The notes below the pieces were generated by a model. It was not told the origin of the DNA, did no database searches, and saw only the letters and a list, made by a program, of their open reading frames with translations. Shown in pieces: positions 28,955 to 41,067 of a stretch of 64,000 nucleotides of DNA. Position numbers and translations under genes: made by a program. Origin of the DNA: Candidatus Dormiibacterota bacterium (lineage in GTDB: Bacteria; Chloroflexota; Dormibacteria; Aeolococcales; Aeolococcaceae); contig CAVPXI010000018.1 of assembly GCA_963709585.1 (NCBI GenBank), positions 1 through 64,000 on the forward strand, read 5' to 3'. Every line of letters begins with the position of its first letter. Position 1 is the first letter of the stretch.

Positions 28955-29608
28955 TTATTTGTGTTGCGCTGGGACGTGAGTCCGGTGCGATGGACGTGGA
29001 TATGCGAAGAAGAGCAACTCGATGGGAAGCGATCCCTTCGGACGCTTCTTGGGGTTGCCGATGCGTTCGACGTACGGCTTGATGAGGTTGGTCACCTGCT
29101 CGTCGATCGCGTGCAGTTCCTCGACGGTCACGTAGAGGAGGAACTCGCTTGCGCCGGTCGCCTTCTGAACCGCCGTCGGGCTGTCGCGGCGCAGCTCTAG
29201 ACCTTCCTTGAGCCGGTCGAGGTAGAAGTCGTGGAGCACTCGCGACAGCGCCGCTCCCGCCAGCCTGGTCTCGAGATCATCACTGACGTCCGAGAAGCTC
29301 ATCCCGGCGTGGACGAGTCGCCACGGCCGCTTCCGTCCCGGGACGCCGGTCACCTCCTCGATGAACCCGTACTTGGCAAGCTGGCGGAGGTGGAATGAGC
29401 ACGTGGTCGGGCTCTCACCGATGATCTCGCCCGCCTGGGTGGCGGTCAGGGGGCCCTCGGCGGTCAGGACCTCCAGCAGGGCGATCCGGACTGGGTGAGC
29501 GACTGCGCGCATCGCCCGGGGATCGGTGAGCCTGCGCGGCTCGGGGATGGGGAGATTGGCGACCTGGGCTTCGTCCCGGGGTCTTGAGAGATTTGTTTCG
29601 ACATCCAT
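28955..29608 (-). CDS. ArsR/HTH_20 transcriptional regulator
   Basis: RAVAHPVRIALL, TATQAG, SFHLRQLAKYG, RPW. Confidence 0.88.
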   Translation of the reverse strand: MDVETNLSRPRDEAQVANLPIPEPRRLTDPRAMRAVAHPVRIALLEVLTAEGPLTATQAGEIIGESPTTCSFHLRQLAKYGFIEEVTGVPGRKRPWRLVHAGMSFSDVSDDLETRLAGAALSRVLHDFYLDRLKEGLELRRDSPTAVQKATGASEFLLYVTVEELHAIDEQVTNLIKPYVERIGNPKKRPKGSLPIELLFFAYPRPSHRTHVPAQHK

Positions 29609-29643
29609 GTATCGAAGTATATCTCTCGATAGATATCTCTGCA
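29584..29643. promoter_or_regulatory. Tandem palindromic operator array (consensus TCGAGAGATATCTCTCGA)
   Basis: Copies at 29584 (14/18), 29612 (15/18) and 29626 (15/18); overlaps the regulator start. Confidence 0.65.
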
Positions 29644-29664
29644 AGCCCGAGTGGTGGTTTGTGA

Positions 29665-31545
<1,881 letters not shown>

Positions 31546-31613
31546 CGCTTCGATGTAACCACAGCGCGGGGCACTGGTTAGAGTGGTGTGACCGTGGACA
31601 GGAGGCCATACCG

Positions 31614-32414
31614 ATGATCCGTCTGCGGCGGCCGGCACTCGCCGCGGTTGGGGTGCTGACCTTCGCGGCCGCGATCGCGCTGCCGCTGTGGACCATCGCG
31701 AACGCCACCACGGCCGGAGGGACGGTGCAGGTCCCCGGCGGATCGACGGTCGGGGCGACACCAACCGCTTCGGTGGCGACGGCGTCACCGGTGAGCACGG
31801 ATGCCGGCGCGGTCTATCTCCCCGGTCCGATCATCAAACAGGACCTCGCGCTCGACTGCGAATCGGCCGCCCTCGAGGTCGCGCTCGCGGTGCGCAACAT
31901 CGAGGTGCCGCAGGATCGGATTTACGCGAGCCTGCCCCAGGATCCGCGATCACCCGTCCTCGGCGCCGACGGGTACCCGGTCCGCTGGGGCGATCCGTTC
32001 ACGGCGTTCGTCGGTGACGTCAACGGCTATGAGCCCGACTTCACCGGGTACGGTGTGTACTACCCGCCGATCGTCGCGGCCGCCGAGCGATACGGCGCGC
32101 TGGCGGACGGCCACACCGGCTGGACCGTCGCCGCGATCGTCGCCCAGCTCCACCTCGGAAACTCAGTGGTGGTCTGGCTGACCTCGGATTTCAAAGCGCA
32201 CATCCCTCGCTACTGGACCGCGTGGGACGGGACTCGGGTCCCGTGGGCGATCGGCGAGCACGCCGTGCCGGTCATCGGTTACGACCCCGTCAAGAGCACG
32301 ATCAGCTTCGTCGACGTCCTCTACGGGGTGGAACGCACCATGAGCACGCAGGACTTCGCGGCGGCGCTGACCACGTTCGGCGGTATGGGCATCGCCGTGT
32401 CCTCGGCTCGGTGA
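31614..32414 (+). CDS. Secreted C39-like peptidase
   Basis: Signal peptide, Q...CES, EHAVPVIGYD. Confidence 0.8.
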   Translation: MIRLRRPALAAVGVLTFAAAIALPLWTIANATTAGGTVQVPGGSTVGATPTASVATASPVSTDAGAVYLPGPIIKQDLALDCESAALEVALAVRNIEVPQDRIYASLPQDPRSPVLGADGYPVRWGDPFTAFVGDVNGYEPDFTGYGVYYPPIVAAAERYGALADGHTGWTVAAIVAQLHLGNSVVVWLTSDFKAHIPRYWTAWDGTRVPWAIGEHAVPVIGYDPVKSTISFVDVLYGVERTMSTQDFAAALTTFGGMGIAVSSAR

Positions 32415-32585
32415 GGCAGGGTCGCCACTACGCCATCCCAGGCCGGAGCCACCTCACACCGGCAACTCGCTGTGCGCCGCGCACGACGATCGAGCCGGTT
32501 CTTGACGCCGGATCATGCCGGGAGGTGCGCTAGAATCTGCTGAGCCAGCCGCGCTTGTGCGATCCGCCTAGTTGGAGGCTCTCAA

Positions 32586-33926
32586 TTGCCACCGCCCACC
32601 CAAAAGGAAGCGCCCCCTGACCTCCTCGCCCGGGTGGAGGAGGCGCAGGTCCGCCACATCGACCTCCAGTTCACCGATGTCGTCGGTGGGGTGAAGACGG
32701 TCACCATCCCGGCCTCGCAGCTCCGTGAGGCGATCTCTCACGGGACCTGGTTCGACGGTTCATCGGTGGATTCGTTCGCACGCACGGCGGAATCCGACAT
32801 GTACCTGGTCCCCGATCCGTCGACGTTTCAGCTCCTTCCCTGGGGTGATGAGCGCACCGCGCGGCTCATCTGCTGGGCGACCACCCCCGATGGCGAGGCG
32901 TACCAGGGCGACCCGCGAGGCGTGCTGCGCCGCGCCGTGGAGGATGCCGAGCGCCTCGGCTTCGAGTATCACGTTGGGCCGGAGGTGGAGTTCTTCCTCC
33001 TCGAGCGCACCGCCGACGGATCGCTGGTCCCCACCCGCAACGACCGCAGCTCGTACTTCGACTTCTCGAGCGATGGCAACCGGGATCTCCGCCAGCGACT
33101 GGTCAGCGCGTTGATCAGCATGGGGATCGCGGTCAACACCTCGCACCACGAGATTGCGGGAGGACAGCACGAGATCGACATCGACGCAGCGCCGGCGCTC
33201 AAGGCGGCCGACGACCTGATCACCTTCCGCTACGCGATCAAGGCGGTGGCGCAGCAATCCGGGGTGATCGCGACATTCATGCCCAAGCCGTTCGATGGCA
33301 AGCCGGGCAGCGGTATGCACGTCCATCAGAGCCTCGTGCGACTGCGCGACTCGGCGAACGCCTTTGCCGGCGACGACGCCTATGGGCTCAGCGAGGTCGC
33401 CCAGCATTTCATCGCCGGGCAGCTCCACCACGCGGCCGGGATCAGCGCCGTGCTCGCGCCTCTGGTGAACTCCTACAAGCGCCTCGTGCGCGGCTTCGAG
33501 GCCCCGATCTTCATCTCCTGGGCGCGCACCAATCGCGGGGCACTCATCCGCGTGCCCCACGTCGGCCGCGCCGAGGCGACCCGAGTGGAACTGCGCAGTC
33601 CGGACCCTTCGTGCAACCCGTATCTCGCGTTCGCGGTCATGCTCCGGTGCGGGCTTGACGGCATCGAGCGCCGGCTCCCACTGCCGTCGCCGGTCGAGGA
33701 GTCGCTGTACGGGTTCGACGAGATCGAGCTCGAGCGGCGCAACGTCGGCGTGCTCCCCGACAACCTCAAGGACGCCATCGACGCGCTCGAAGCCGACGAG
33801 GTCGTCATCGACGCGCTTGGCGACCATCTGGCGGAGCGGTTCATCGCCGCCAAACGCCTCGAATGGCAAGCCTACCGCGGGCAGGTCACGCCCTGGGAGC
33901 TCGACCAGTACCTCGAGCGCTGCTGA
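32586..33926 (+). CDS. Glutamine synthetase family protein (GSI-alpha-like, ~446 aa)
   Basis: FDGSS, HHE, GQHE, FMPKP, GSGMH, GFEAP, RVELR, NPYL. Confidence 0.9.
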   Translation: MPPPTQKEAPPDLLARVEEAQVRHIDLQFTDVVGGVKTVTIPASQLREAISHGTWFDGSSVDSFARTAESDMYLVPDPSTFQLLPWGDERTARLICWATTPDGEAYQGDPRGVLRRAVEDAERLGFEYHVGPEVEFFLLERTADGSLVPTRNDRSSYFDFSSDGNRDLRQRLVSALISMGIAVNTSHHEIAGGQHEIDIDAAPALKAADDLITFRYAIKAVAQQSGVIATFMPKPFDGKPGSGMHVHQSLVRLRDSANAFAGDDAYGLSEVAQHFIAGQLHHAAGISAVLAPLVNSYKRLVRGFEAPIFISWARTNRGALIRVPHVGRAEATRVELRSPDPSCNPYLAFAVMLRCGLDGIERRLPLPSPVEESLYGFDEIELERRNVGVLPDNLKDAIDALEADEVVIDALGDHLAERFIAAKRLEWQAYRGQVTPWELDQYLERC

Positions 33927-33941
33927 CCGGATGCTCGCGAC

Positions 33942-35606
33942 ATGAGCTCGCCGACGATCACCGTCAAGGACGTGTGGCGGGGGGTGCTGCCGCCCGGGAC
34001 GGACCTGCTCGGCGGCGGCGGCGGGCTCGAACGAAGGGTTGAATGGGCGTGCGCGCTGCGCACACGTCCGCCCGCCTTCGAGGCGGTCAAGGGCGGCGAG
34101 ATCGCGTTCGTGCCCGTCAAGAGCATCCGCCTCCTCGACGAGCGACTCGATCTGCCCCAGGTCATGGTCAGCTTTGCCGAGAAGGGCGGGGTCGCGGTGG
34201 CGGTGGTCGGCGACGTCTCGGTGGAGAGCATCGCCGCGGCCGACCGCCTGATGATGCCCCTGCTCCGCTTGCCGGACGGGATCCACGCCACTGATGCGCA
34301 TCACACCTGCGTGCGCTTCATCCTCGACCAGCGAGCGCTCCTCCACGAACGTGCCCAGGAGCTGCAGCTGTCCCTGATGAACCTCGCGCTGGGCGGGGCG
34401 GGGCCGGACAAGATCATCGAGCGGCTCGCCGAGGTGACCGGCCTCGCGTCCGCATGGCTCGACGAAGCCGGCGAGGTGCGCCACCTCACCGTCACCGATG
34501 ACGCGTTGCTCGCCGACGTCGAAGCCGGGGCCGACGCGCTCCGCCGATGGGGCGCGACGATCGCCGCGGTCGGAGCCGACCCCCCGGTCCGCGAGTTCAC
34601 GGTCGGGCGCAACGGGCTCGCCACGCTGGTGAGTCCCGTCCCGATGCGCAATGGCGTCGGCGGCTTCGTGTGCGTGATCGGAGAGGAGCAGCGCCTGGAT
34701 CAGATCGCCCGTCTGGCGGTCGCGAGAGCCGCCTCGGCCTGCGCCATCGAGTTCGACCGCGAGCGTGCTGTCACCGAGACGCGCGACAAGCTCGAGGGCG
34801 AGTTCATTGCCTCGCTGCTCACCGGGTCGTACTCGTCGGAGCGGGTGGCGCTCGAGCGGGCGCGACGGCTCGGTGCCGACCTCACCCAGCGCGTCGCGGT
34901 GATCGCGCTCCGCGGGACCGTGTCCTCCGCGTCGTGGGAGATCCGAGCGCTCCGCGCCGCGCAAAACGTCGTCGCCAGGCGCGAAGTCCGGGCCCTGGTC
35001 GCCGCCCACGAGGACGCCGTCTGCCTGGTGGTCATGCCCGAGGCCGACGGAGCCGTCGACGCCTTGTACCGATTCGCTGAGCTGGTGCGCAGCGAGTGCG
35101 CCCGCGCCACCGATGACGCAACCACCTCGCTCGGGCTCGGCCGCACCCACGAGGGCGCGTCGGGCGTGCGCCAGTCGTTCCGCGAGGCCGAGCACGCGCT
35201 CGAGATGAGCCGCCGCCTGCTCGGTCCCGGGCGGCAGGCGAGCTTCGCCGACCTCGGACTCCACCGGCTCCTCTTCGCGATGGCGCAGCACCCGGAGCTC
35301 AGCGACTACTACCGAGGCACGGTGGGAGAGCTGGTCGCGTACGACGAGCGCTCGAGCGCCGAGCTGATGGCGACGCTCGACGCCTACTTCGAGGCCAACG
35401 GGTCACCGACCGAGACGGCACAACGTCTGAAGCTGCATCGCAACACCGTTCTGTACCGCCTGCGACGCATCGAGGAGGTCGGCCGGCTTCGTCTCGACGA
35501 CCCGGCGACCCGGCTCAACCTGCATCTCTGCCTGCGCATCCGCGACGTGATCCAGGCAGGGGCCGCTCGGGGCGCTCAGCCAGAGCCGGAGGGAGTCCCG
35601 GGGTAG
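33942..35606 (+). CDS. PucR/CdaR-family regulator
   Basis: N-terminal PucR domain, C-terminal LHRNTVLYRL HTH. Confidence 0.88.
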   Translation: MSSPTITVKDVWRGVLPPGTDLLGGGGGLERRVEWACALRTRPPAFEAVKGGEIAFVPVKSIRLLDERLDLPQVMVSFAEKGGVAVAVVGDVSVESIAAADRLMMPLLRLPDGIHATDAHHTCVRFILDQRALLHERAQELQLSLMNLALGGAGPDKIIERLAEVTGLASAWLDEAGEVRHLTVTDDALLADVEAGADALRRWGATIAAVGADPPVREFTVGRNGLATLVSPVPMRNGVGGFVCVIGEEQRLDQIARLAVARAASACAIEFDRERAVTETRDKLEGEFIASLLTGSYSSERVALERARRLGADLTQRVAVIALRGTVSSASWEIRALRAAQNVVARREVRALVAAHEDAVCLVVMPEADGAVDALYRFAELVRSECARATDDATTSLGLGRTHEGASGVRQSFREAEHALEMSRRLLGPGRQASFADLGLHRLLFAMAQHPELSDYYRGTVGELVAYDERSSAELMATLDAYFEANGSPTETAQRLKLHRNTVLYRLRRIEEVGRLRLDDPATRLNLHLCLRIRDVIQAGAARGAQPEPEGVPG

Positions 35607-35727
35607 CTGAGCGCCCTTGGTCGGCGGCGCGGACGGCTACTGGAGCTTGGACAGCGCCACACAGCAAGTACGGCCGCCGGTTACGTTCAGCGGCGCGAGG
35701 CCCCCTTGCTAGAGTCGACCAACAGCC

Positions 35728-36021
35728 ATGACCTACATCGTCACCGAGACCTGCGTCGACCTGAAGGACAAGTCCTGCATCGAGGTCTGCCCTGTGGACT
35801 GCATCCACGAGGCAACCGAGGACCGGATGGTCTACATCGACCCCGACGAGTGCATCGACTGTGGAGCCTGTGTGGATCCCTGCCCGGTCGACGCCATCTA
35901 CGCCGAGGAGGACGTGCCCGAGGCCCAGATCCTTTTTGTCGACATCAACAAGGTCTACTTCAAGGACAAGGCGCTCGCCCGGTCCCAGCTCGCGGAGATC
36001 AAACCGCCCGACGCGGCCTGA
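35728..36021 (+). CDS. fdxA: Dicluster (7Fe/8Fe) ferredoxin, FdxA-type
   Basis: [18 protein letters not shown] and [12 protein letters not shown]. Confidence 0.9.
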   Translation: MTYIVTETCVDLKDKSCIEVCPVDCIHEATEDRMVYIDPDECIDCGACVDPCPVDAIYAEEDVPEAQILFVDINKVYFKDKALARSQLAEIKPPDAA

Positions 36022-36201
36022 ACGACCCGGCAGACTGTTGGTTTGTGCAGCACGCACAACCACGTCCCCGAGATCATCGGACTGGGAGTCCATAGTCCGC
36101 GGCTCGCCTGAGCCCTAGTCTGCATCGTGTAGGGCCGCGGCAGCCGAGGGGTCCACTCGGTGGCGGCGGCGAAGAAAGCCACCCGTCGCGGAAGGAGTCC
36201 C

Positions 36202-37692
36202 ATGGCAATCGACGAGTCGCTAGCCGTGCGAGTACTTGAGGGGTCACCGACGATGTCTCCGACGAGCAACACCGAAACCAAGCCCAAGGACGTCATTCGC
36301 GACGCGCGCGAGAACGGCATCAAGATCGTGGACCTCCGGTTCACGGATCTCCTCGGCAGCTGGCAGCACTTCAGCATCCCGGTCGGCGAGCTGACCGAGA
36401 CGTTGTTCTCGGAAGGCATCGGTTTCGACGGATCGAGCATCCGCGGCTTTCAGAAGATCTTCGAGAGCGACATGCTCCTGTTCCCGGACCCGGATCGCAC
36501 GTTCGTTGACAGCACGCTCGAGATCCCGACGCTGGCAATCGTCTGCGACATCAAGGACCCGCTGACGCTCGCCAACTACAGCCGCGATCCGCGTTATGTC
36601 GCGCGCAAAGCCGAGGAGTACCTGCTCAGCACCGGCATCGCCGACACGTCGTTCTGGGGCCCCGAGTGCGAGTTCTACATCTTCAACTCGGTGCGCTACG
36701 ACCAGAACACCCACGAGGGGTACTACCACATCGATTCCGACGAGGGCATCTGGAACACCGGGAAGAACGGCACCGCGAACCTCGGCTACCGGCCGAAGTT
36801 GAAGTCGGGCTACTTCCCGACGCCGCCGGTCGACAAGCTCCAGGATCTGCGCAGCAAGATCGTGCTCGCGCTGATCGACGCGGGCGTCGCCATCGAGGTC
36901 CATCACCACGAGGTCGGCACCGCCGGGCAGACCGAGATCGACATGCGGTTCGACTCGCTCGTGAAGATGGCCGACAAGGTGCTCATCTACAAGCACATCG
37001 TCAAGAACGTCTGCTACCAGAACGGCTACACGGCAACGTTCATGCCCAAGCCGCTCTTCGGTGACAACGGCAGCGGCATGCACACCCATCAGTCGCTGTG
37101 GAAGGACGGCGTGCCGCTGTTCTATGACAAGGATGGCTATGCGCTGCTCAGCGACATGGCACGCTGGTACATCGGCGGACTGCTCGCGCACGCGCCGGCC
37201 ATCCTCGCCTTTGCGGCTCCGACCACGAACAGCTACCGGCGGCTCGTACCCGGGTACGAGGCTCCGATCAAGCTCGCGTACAGCGCCCGCAACCGGAGCG
37301 CTTGCGTGCGCATTCCAACCTACAGCCCCGCCCCGGCAGCGCGCCGTCTCGAGTTCCGCTCGCCCGACCCGATGTGCAATCCGTACCTCTCCTTCGCAGC
37401 CTGCTTGATGGCCGGCCTCGACGGGGTCAAGCGCCGGATCGAGCCCCCGAAGCCGATCGAGGCCGACCTCTACGAGCTCGAGGGAGAGGAGAAGGCGATG
37501 GTCAAGGACCTCCCCGGCTCGCTCAGCGAGGTGCTGAACGCGCTCGAGCTCGACAACGGCTTTCTCACCGAGGGTGGTGTGTTCACCCAGGACCTGATCG
37601 ACATGTACATCTCGTACAAGCGCGAGAACGAAGTGGACCCGGTGGCGCTGCGGCCGCATCCCTACGAGTTCGCCCTGTACTACGACGCCTGA
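36202..37692 (+). CDS. glnA: Glutamine synthetase type I (GSI-beta)
   Basis: FDGSSIRGF, GYFP, HHHEV, GYEAP, ADLYEL adenylylation-type Tyr, RPHPYEF; start 36202 or 36253. Confidence 0.96.
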   Translation: MAIDESLAVRVLEGSPTMSPTSNTETKPKDVIRDARENGIKIVDLRFTDLLGSWQHFSIPVGELTETLFSEGIGFDGSSIRGFQKIFESDMLLFPDPDRTFVDSTLEIPTLAIVCDIKDPLTLANYSRDPRYVARKAEEYLLSTGIADTSFWGPECEFYIFNSVRYDQNTHEGYYHIDSDEGIWNTGKNGTANLGYRPKLKSGYFPTPPVDKLQDLRSKIVLALIDAGVAIEVHHHEVGTAGQTEIDMRFDSLVKMADKVLIYKHIVKNVCYQNGYTATFMPKPLFGDNGSGMHTHQSLWKDGVPLFYDKDGYALLSDMARWYIGGLLAHAPAILAFAAPTTNSYRRLVPGYEAPIKLAYSARNRSACVRIPTYSPAPAARRLEFRSPDPMCNPYLSFAACLMAGLDGVKRRIEPPKPIEADLYELEGEEKAMVKDLPGSLSEVLNALELDNGFLTEGGVFTQDLIDMYISYKRENEVDPVALRPHPYEFALYYDA

Positions 37693-37733
37693 GCGACCGG
37701 CTCAGGAACTCCACAGCACACTCCTTCCTGGAC

Positions 37734-37773
37734 AGGGGGGCCGGGTTACCTCGACCCGGCCCCTCCTTTATTT
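37734..37773 (+). terminator. Intrinsic terminator after glnA
   Basis: AGGGGGGCCGGGT-loop-ACCCGGCCCCTCCT followed by TTATTT. Confidence 0.8.
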
Positions 37774-37796
37774 CCGGATCAGGGTTTCTCCGAGGA

Positions 37797-38156
37797 TCAG
37801 GCCTGCGCGGTCTTCAGTTCGCGGAGAACGCAGAACTCGTTGGCCTCCGGGTCGGCCATCACCACCCAGGTGACGTCACCCTGACCGATGTCGATGCGCC
37901 GAGCGCCGAGCGACAGAAGACGCTCGACCTCCGCGGCCTGGTCGTCCGGGCGCAGGTCGAGATGGATGCGATCCTTGACCGACTTCCCCTCCGGAACATG
38001 GAGGAAGAGGATGTCCGGACTCTCGCCGCCAGGCTCGATCCACAACTCGCCGTCTTCCGGGCCGTGCAGCTCGAGGCCCAGTGCCTCGCTCCAGAACGAG
38101 GCGACCAGGAGCGGGTCGGTGCAGTCGATGACGATGTTCTGCCAGCGAAGCGACAT
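37797..38156 (-). CDS. VOC/glyoxalase family protein
   Basis: IVIDC.DP...FW, RIHLDL, VMADPEANEFCV. Confidence 0.9.
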   Translation of the reverse strand: MSLRWQNIVIDCTDPLLVASFWSEALGLELHGPEDGELWIEPGGESPDILFLHVPEGKSVKDRIHLDLRPDDQAAEVERLLSLGARRIDIGQGDVTWVVMADPEANEFCVLRELKTAQA

Positions 38157-38165
38157 GCCCGCAGT

Positions 38166-39342
38166 CTAGCCGCGGACCCGGGTGCCGAGCACCGCGTCAC
38201 GGATTGCACCAACCTGCGCGGCCGGCGGGTACCAGCGCAGCACGTGCTCGAGCCCGCGCGCTGAGACACCTGCGAGGTCGAGGTCGCCACGAACCGCCTG
38301 CTCGATGCGGTCCTCCCAGTCGTACGCGTCGACGAGGTATCCGTTGACGCCGTCCTGGATGGCGAGTTCGAAAGCTGTATGTCGGGGTCGCAAGCGTCGG
38401 GGTCTCGACGATCGCCGCCTCGAAATACTTCAACTCCGATTTCGAGTTGCTGAACACGTTGGTCTGCAGCGGCACGATGTTGAGACTGGTCGAGCCGATG
38501 AGCGTCTGCAGCGTCAGGAAGTCGGTGAGCGGGAGGATGTCGATGCGATCGCCGAAGCCGCGCAGCGCAGGTCCGACATCGAGGAATCCCACGATCAGCA
38601 GCCTCACATCGGCGTGGCGAGTCATGACCTTGGCAAGCGCCGTCGACACGAGCTCGAAGTCGCGGTTGTGGGTTGGCGTCCCGCTGAAGTAGCCGATGGT
38701 GGTGACGCGGTCAGAGCGCTCGGACGCGTGGCGGGTACGCCGTACCTCCGCGGAGCGCTCGAGTTGCAGGTTGTTGAGAAAGTTCGGCACGACCCACGTC
38801 GGCAACTGCGCAAATTCCTCGATCCGCGCCGAGAGGAAGTGGTTGGTCGATATCGCCCCGTCGCAGAGCCGGAGCATCGCACCGACCCGCGACATGGCGG
38901 CGAACCATTCGTCGAGCATCGCCTCGCCCGGAGTTCGATCCAGGGTCTCGAGGACGAGGCTCACGTACCTGGTGTCGAAGATCAGGTCGTCGACGTCGAA
39001 CAGCACGCGGCAGCCGCCGGCTCGCGCCCGGGTGACCAGGCTGTCCAGCCTCGCGGTGTAGCGCGTCCGGCAGATGATCAGCGTGTTGACGTTGCCGATC
39101 AGCCGCTCGAGTATCGGCAGTTCGGCTCGGGTGAACCAGGTCGCCGAGATGCGCTGATCCGGCTCATCGAGTCCGAGCGCCTCGACCATGTTGAACACGC
39201 GATACCGAAACGTGCTCGTGTCCGGCACCTCGTAGACATAGGCAACCGTATGAGCACCGCCTGCCGCCAATGTGCGGACGCGTTCATCGATCGTCGGCGC
39301 CCACGGATCCGGGAACGCCGGCGGTGCGGCCTTGGTGCGCAC
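38166..39342 (-). CDS. GT-B (GT4-like) glycosyltransferase (apparent frameshift near 38367)
   Basis: STFRYR, FDVDD, GYFSGTPTH, KSELKYFEAA; repaired PTYSFRLAIQDGVNGYL. Confidence 0.82.
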
Positions 39343-39344
39343 CC

Positions 39345-41042
39345 CTAGCCTTCGGTGGCGGACAGCGCACCCGCGAGTTGATCGCAGATCGGCACGAACA
39401 CCGCGCTCCAGTCGGTCAGGAACCTGCTGCTGCGATGGTTGGCGGTCCGGAGGCTCGCGTCGCTCGCGAGGGTGACGCCCTGGCCGATGCCGGCCACCAG
39501 GGTGGGCAGGTTCGGATCGCTGCAGATGATGTTCGCCGAGTACTGATCGAGCGACTGCTTGTCGGAGCCAAACGTGTTCGTGACGACCACCGCTCCCGCC
39601 GCGGCCAGGTCGAGCGGCGGGTAGCTCGAATGCGGGGATGCCATCAGCGACAGCCCGAGATCCATACGCCGGAGCAATCGCTGATAGTCGTGCCAGCCGA
39701 GGTTCTCGATGAGCGTCGGGCGGACGCCTCCGGGCAGGACGACCGGTTCCAGGTCCCTGCCGATGAAGAAGAAGTCCCACGCCGCGGGGTCGAGGTGCCC
39801 GGTCTCGATGGCGCCGGAGATCGCCTCGAGCCCCCGGTAGTACAGGTTGCGGAGATTCTTCGGTCGGGCGTAGAAGAGGAAGTTGCGCTTGTCCGATGCG
39901 GACTCCTCGCGTGCCGTCAGAAACGCCGGGAACGCCGGCTCGAACCACAACGGCGTTCGAGCATGGGTATCGGGACCGCCGAAGAGATAGTCGAAGAGGG
40001 GCTTGGAGTTGACGACGCACCTGATTCGCGGGTCGTCGAGAATCTCCGCGCAGCGAATCGAGTCATCTCCCTCGGGATAGAAACGCCGTTCGTCCTCCTG
40101 GACGAGATAGATGATGCTCGCGGGATCGACCGATGCGCGGGTCGCCCACGTCGTCCACCACGACGTGGTGATGAAGACGTCGCCGGCGGCGACGTCGACG
40201 AGCCGTCCGTTCGACGTGTCGCGCGATGAGAAGACAAAGTCGACATCTCCGTGCCATGGAATCCCGTTGGCCTCGAGCACGGTTCGGCAGTTTGCCGGGG
40301 TCGGTGGCTCCGAGCGGGTGATGATCCGCAGAGGCCGTTCGGTGCGCCGGGCCAGGAGCGAGGCGAAGATCAGCGCCGTTCCGACGCCTCCGAAGAGGCT
40401 GCCGCTGTTGATGCTGTCGGTCACCACGGAGATCCGCTTCGGTGCCGATGCGCTCGCGTACACGTGCAGCGGGCGGAGGTTCGGGAAGCGTTCGTCGAGC
40501 CTGAGCGTCAACCACTGCCGTTCCACGGTGGACGGCGCGATCTTGCTGCCACGCGGCCGCCCGTGGCGCAGATAGTGCAGGAGCGCATTGGTGCGGGGTG
40601 ACACATCGGGATTGTGCTCGAGGTAGAAATCAGTGGAGAACAGCGGCCCCGGGTCCAACCCCTGCGCGGCGCCGATGAGCGCGTAGTGCCGGAGCGGATC
40701 CATCCCCGACCGCGAAACCTCGGCGTAATTCGCCCGGTACCACGCCGCATCGAACAGCCCGGAGCCTTGCATCTCGCGCAGGTCGCGCGGAAATTGCAAT
40801 CGTGCAAACGCCCTGCGATGGAAGTTGATCCGCCCAGTCCCGGTGACGACGTTCAGCGCCTTGATCGCGGTCTTCGAGACCTGCGGGTACTGCCGGATGA
40901 CCGAGCGAAGCTGCGAGTACGGCGGCTCGAGCAGGGACTGCCGCAACCGAACGTTCTCTTGCTGCGCCTCGTCGAGCTCGTGTTGAAGCAGCGTGATTCT
41001 CAGGCCGGGATCGTCGCGCCCACGCGCACCGTCGTCATTCAT
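39345..41042 (-). CDS. WsaF-like rhamnosyltransferase with N-terminal FD..WY/HY repeats
   Basis: FGGVGTA, FYARP, LSLMASPHSSYPPL; FDAAWY...DPLRHY repeats. Confidence 0.78.
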   Translation of the reverse strand: MNDDGARGRDDPGLRITLLQHELDEAQQENVRLRQSLLEPPYSQLRSVIRQYPQVSKTAIKALNVVTGTGRINFHRRAFARLQFPRDLREMQGSGLFDAAWYRANYAEVSRSGMDPLRHYALIGAAQGLDPGPLFSTDFYLEHNPDVSPRTNALLHYLRHGRPRGSKIAPSTVERQWLTLRLDERFPNLRPLHVYASASAPKRISVVTDSINSGSLFGGVGTALIFASLLARRTERPLRIITRSEPPTPANCRTVLEANGIPWHGDVDFVFSSRDTSNGRLVDVAAGDVFITTSWWTTWATRASVDPASIIYLVQEDERRFYPEGDDSIRCAEILDDPRIRCVVNSKPLFDYLFGGPDTHARTPLWFEPAFPAFLTAREESASDKRNFLFYARPKNLRNLYYRGLEAISGAIETGHLDPAAWDFFFIGRDLEPVVLPGGVRPTLIENLGWHDYQRLLRRMDLGLSLMASPHSSYPPLDLAAAGAVVVTNTFGSDKQSLDQYSANIICSDPNLPTLVAGIGQGVTLASDASLRTANHRSSRFLTDWSAVFVPICDQLAGALSATEG

Positions 41043-41067
41043 GATGTCGCGATGCCGGTGGGACCGG

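Noticed and set aside
36022-36200. Possible glutamine riboswitch or sRNA upstream of glnA
   Set aside because: Only short GGACT/AGTCC pairings; the glnA-motif consensus is not recognisable.
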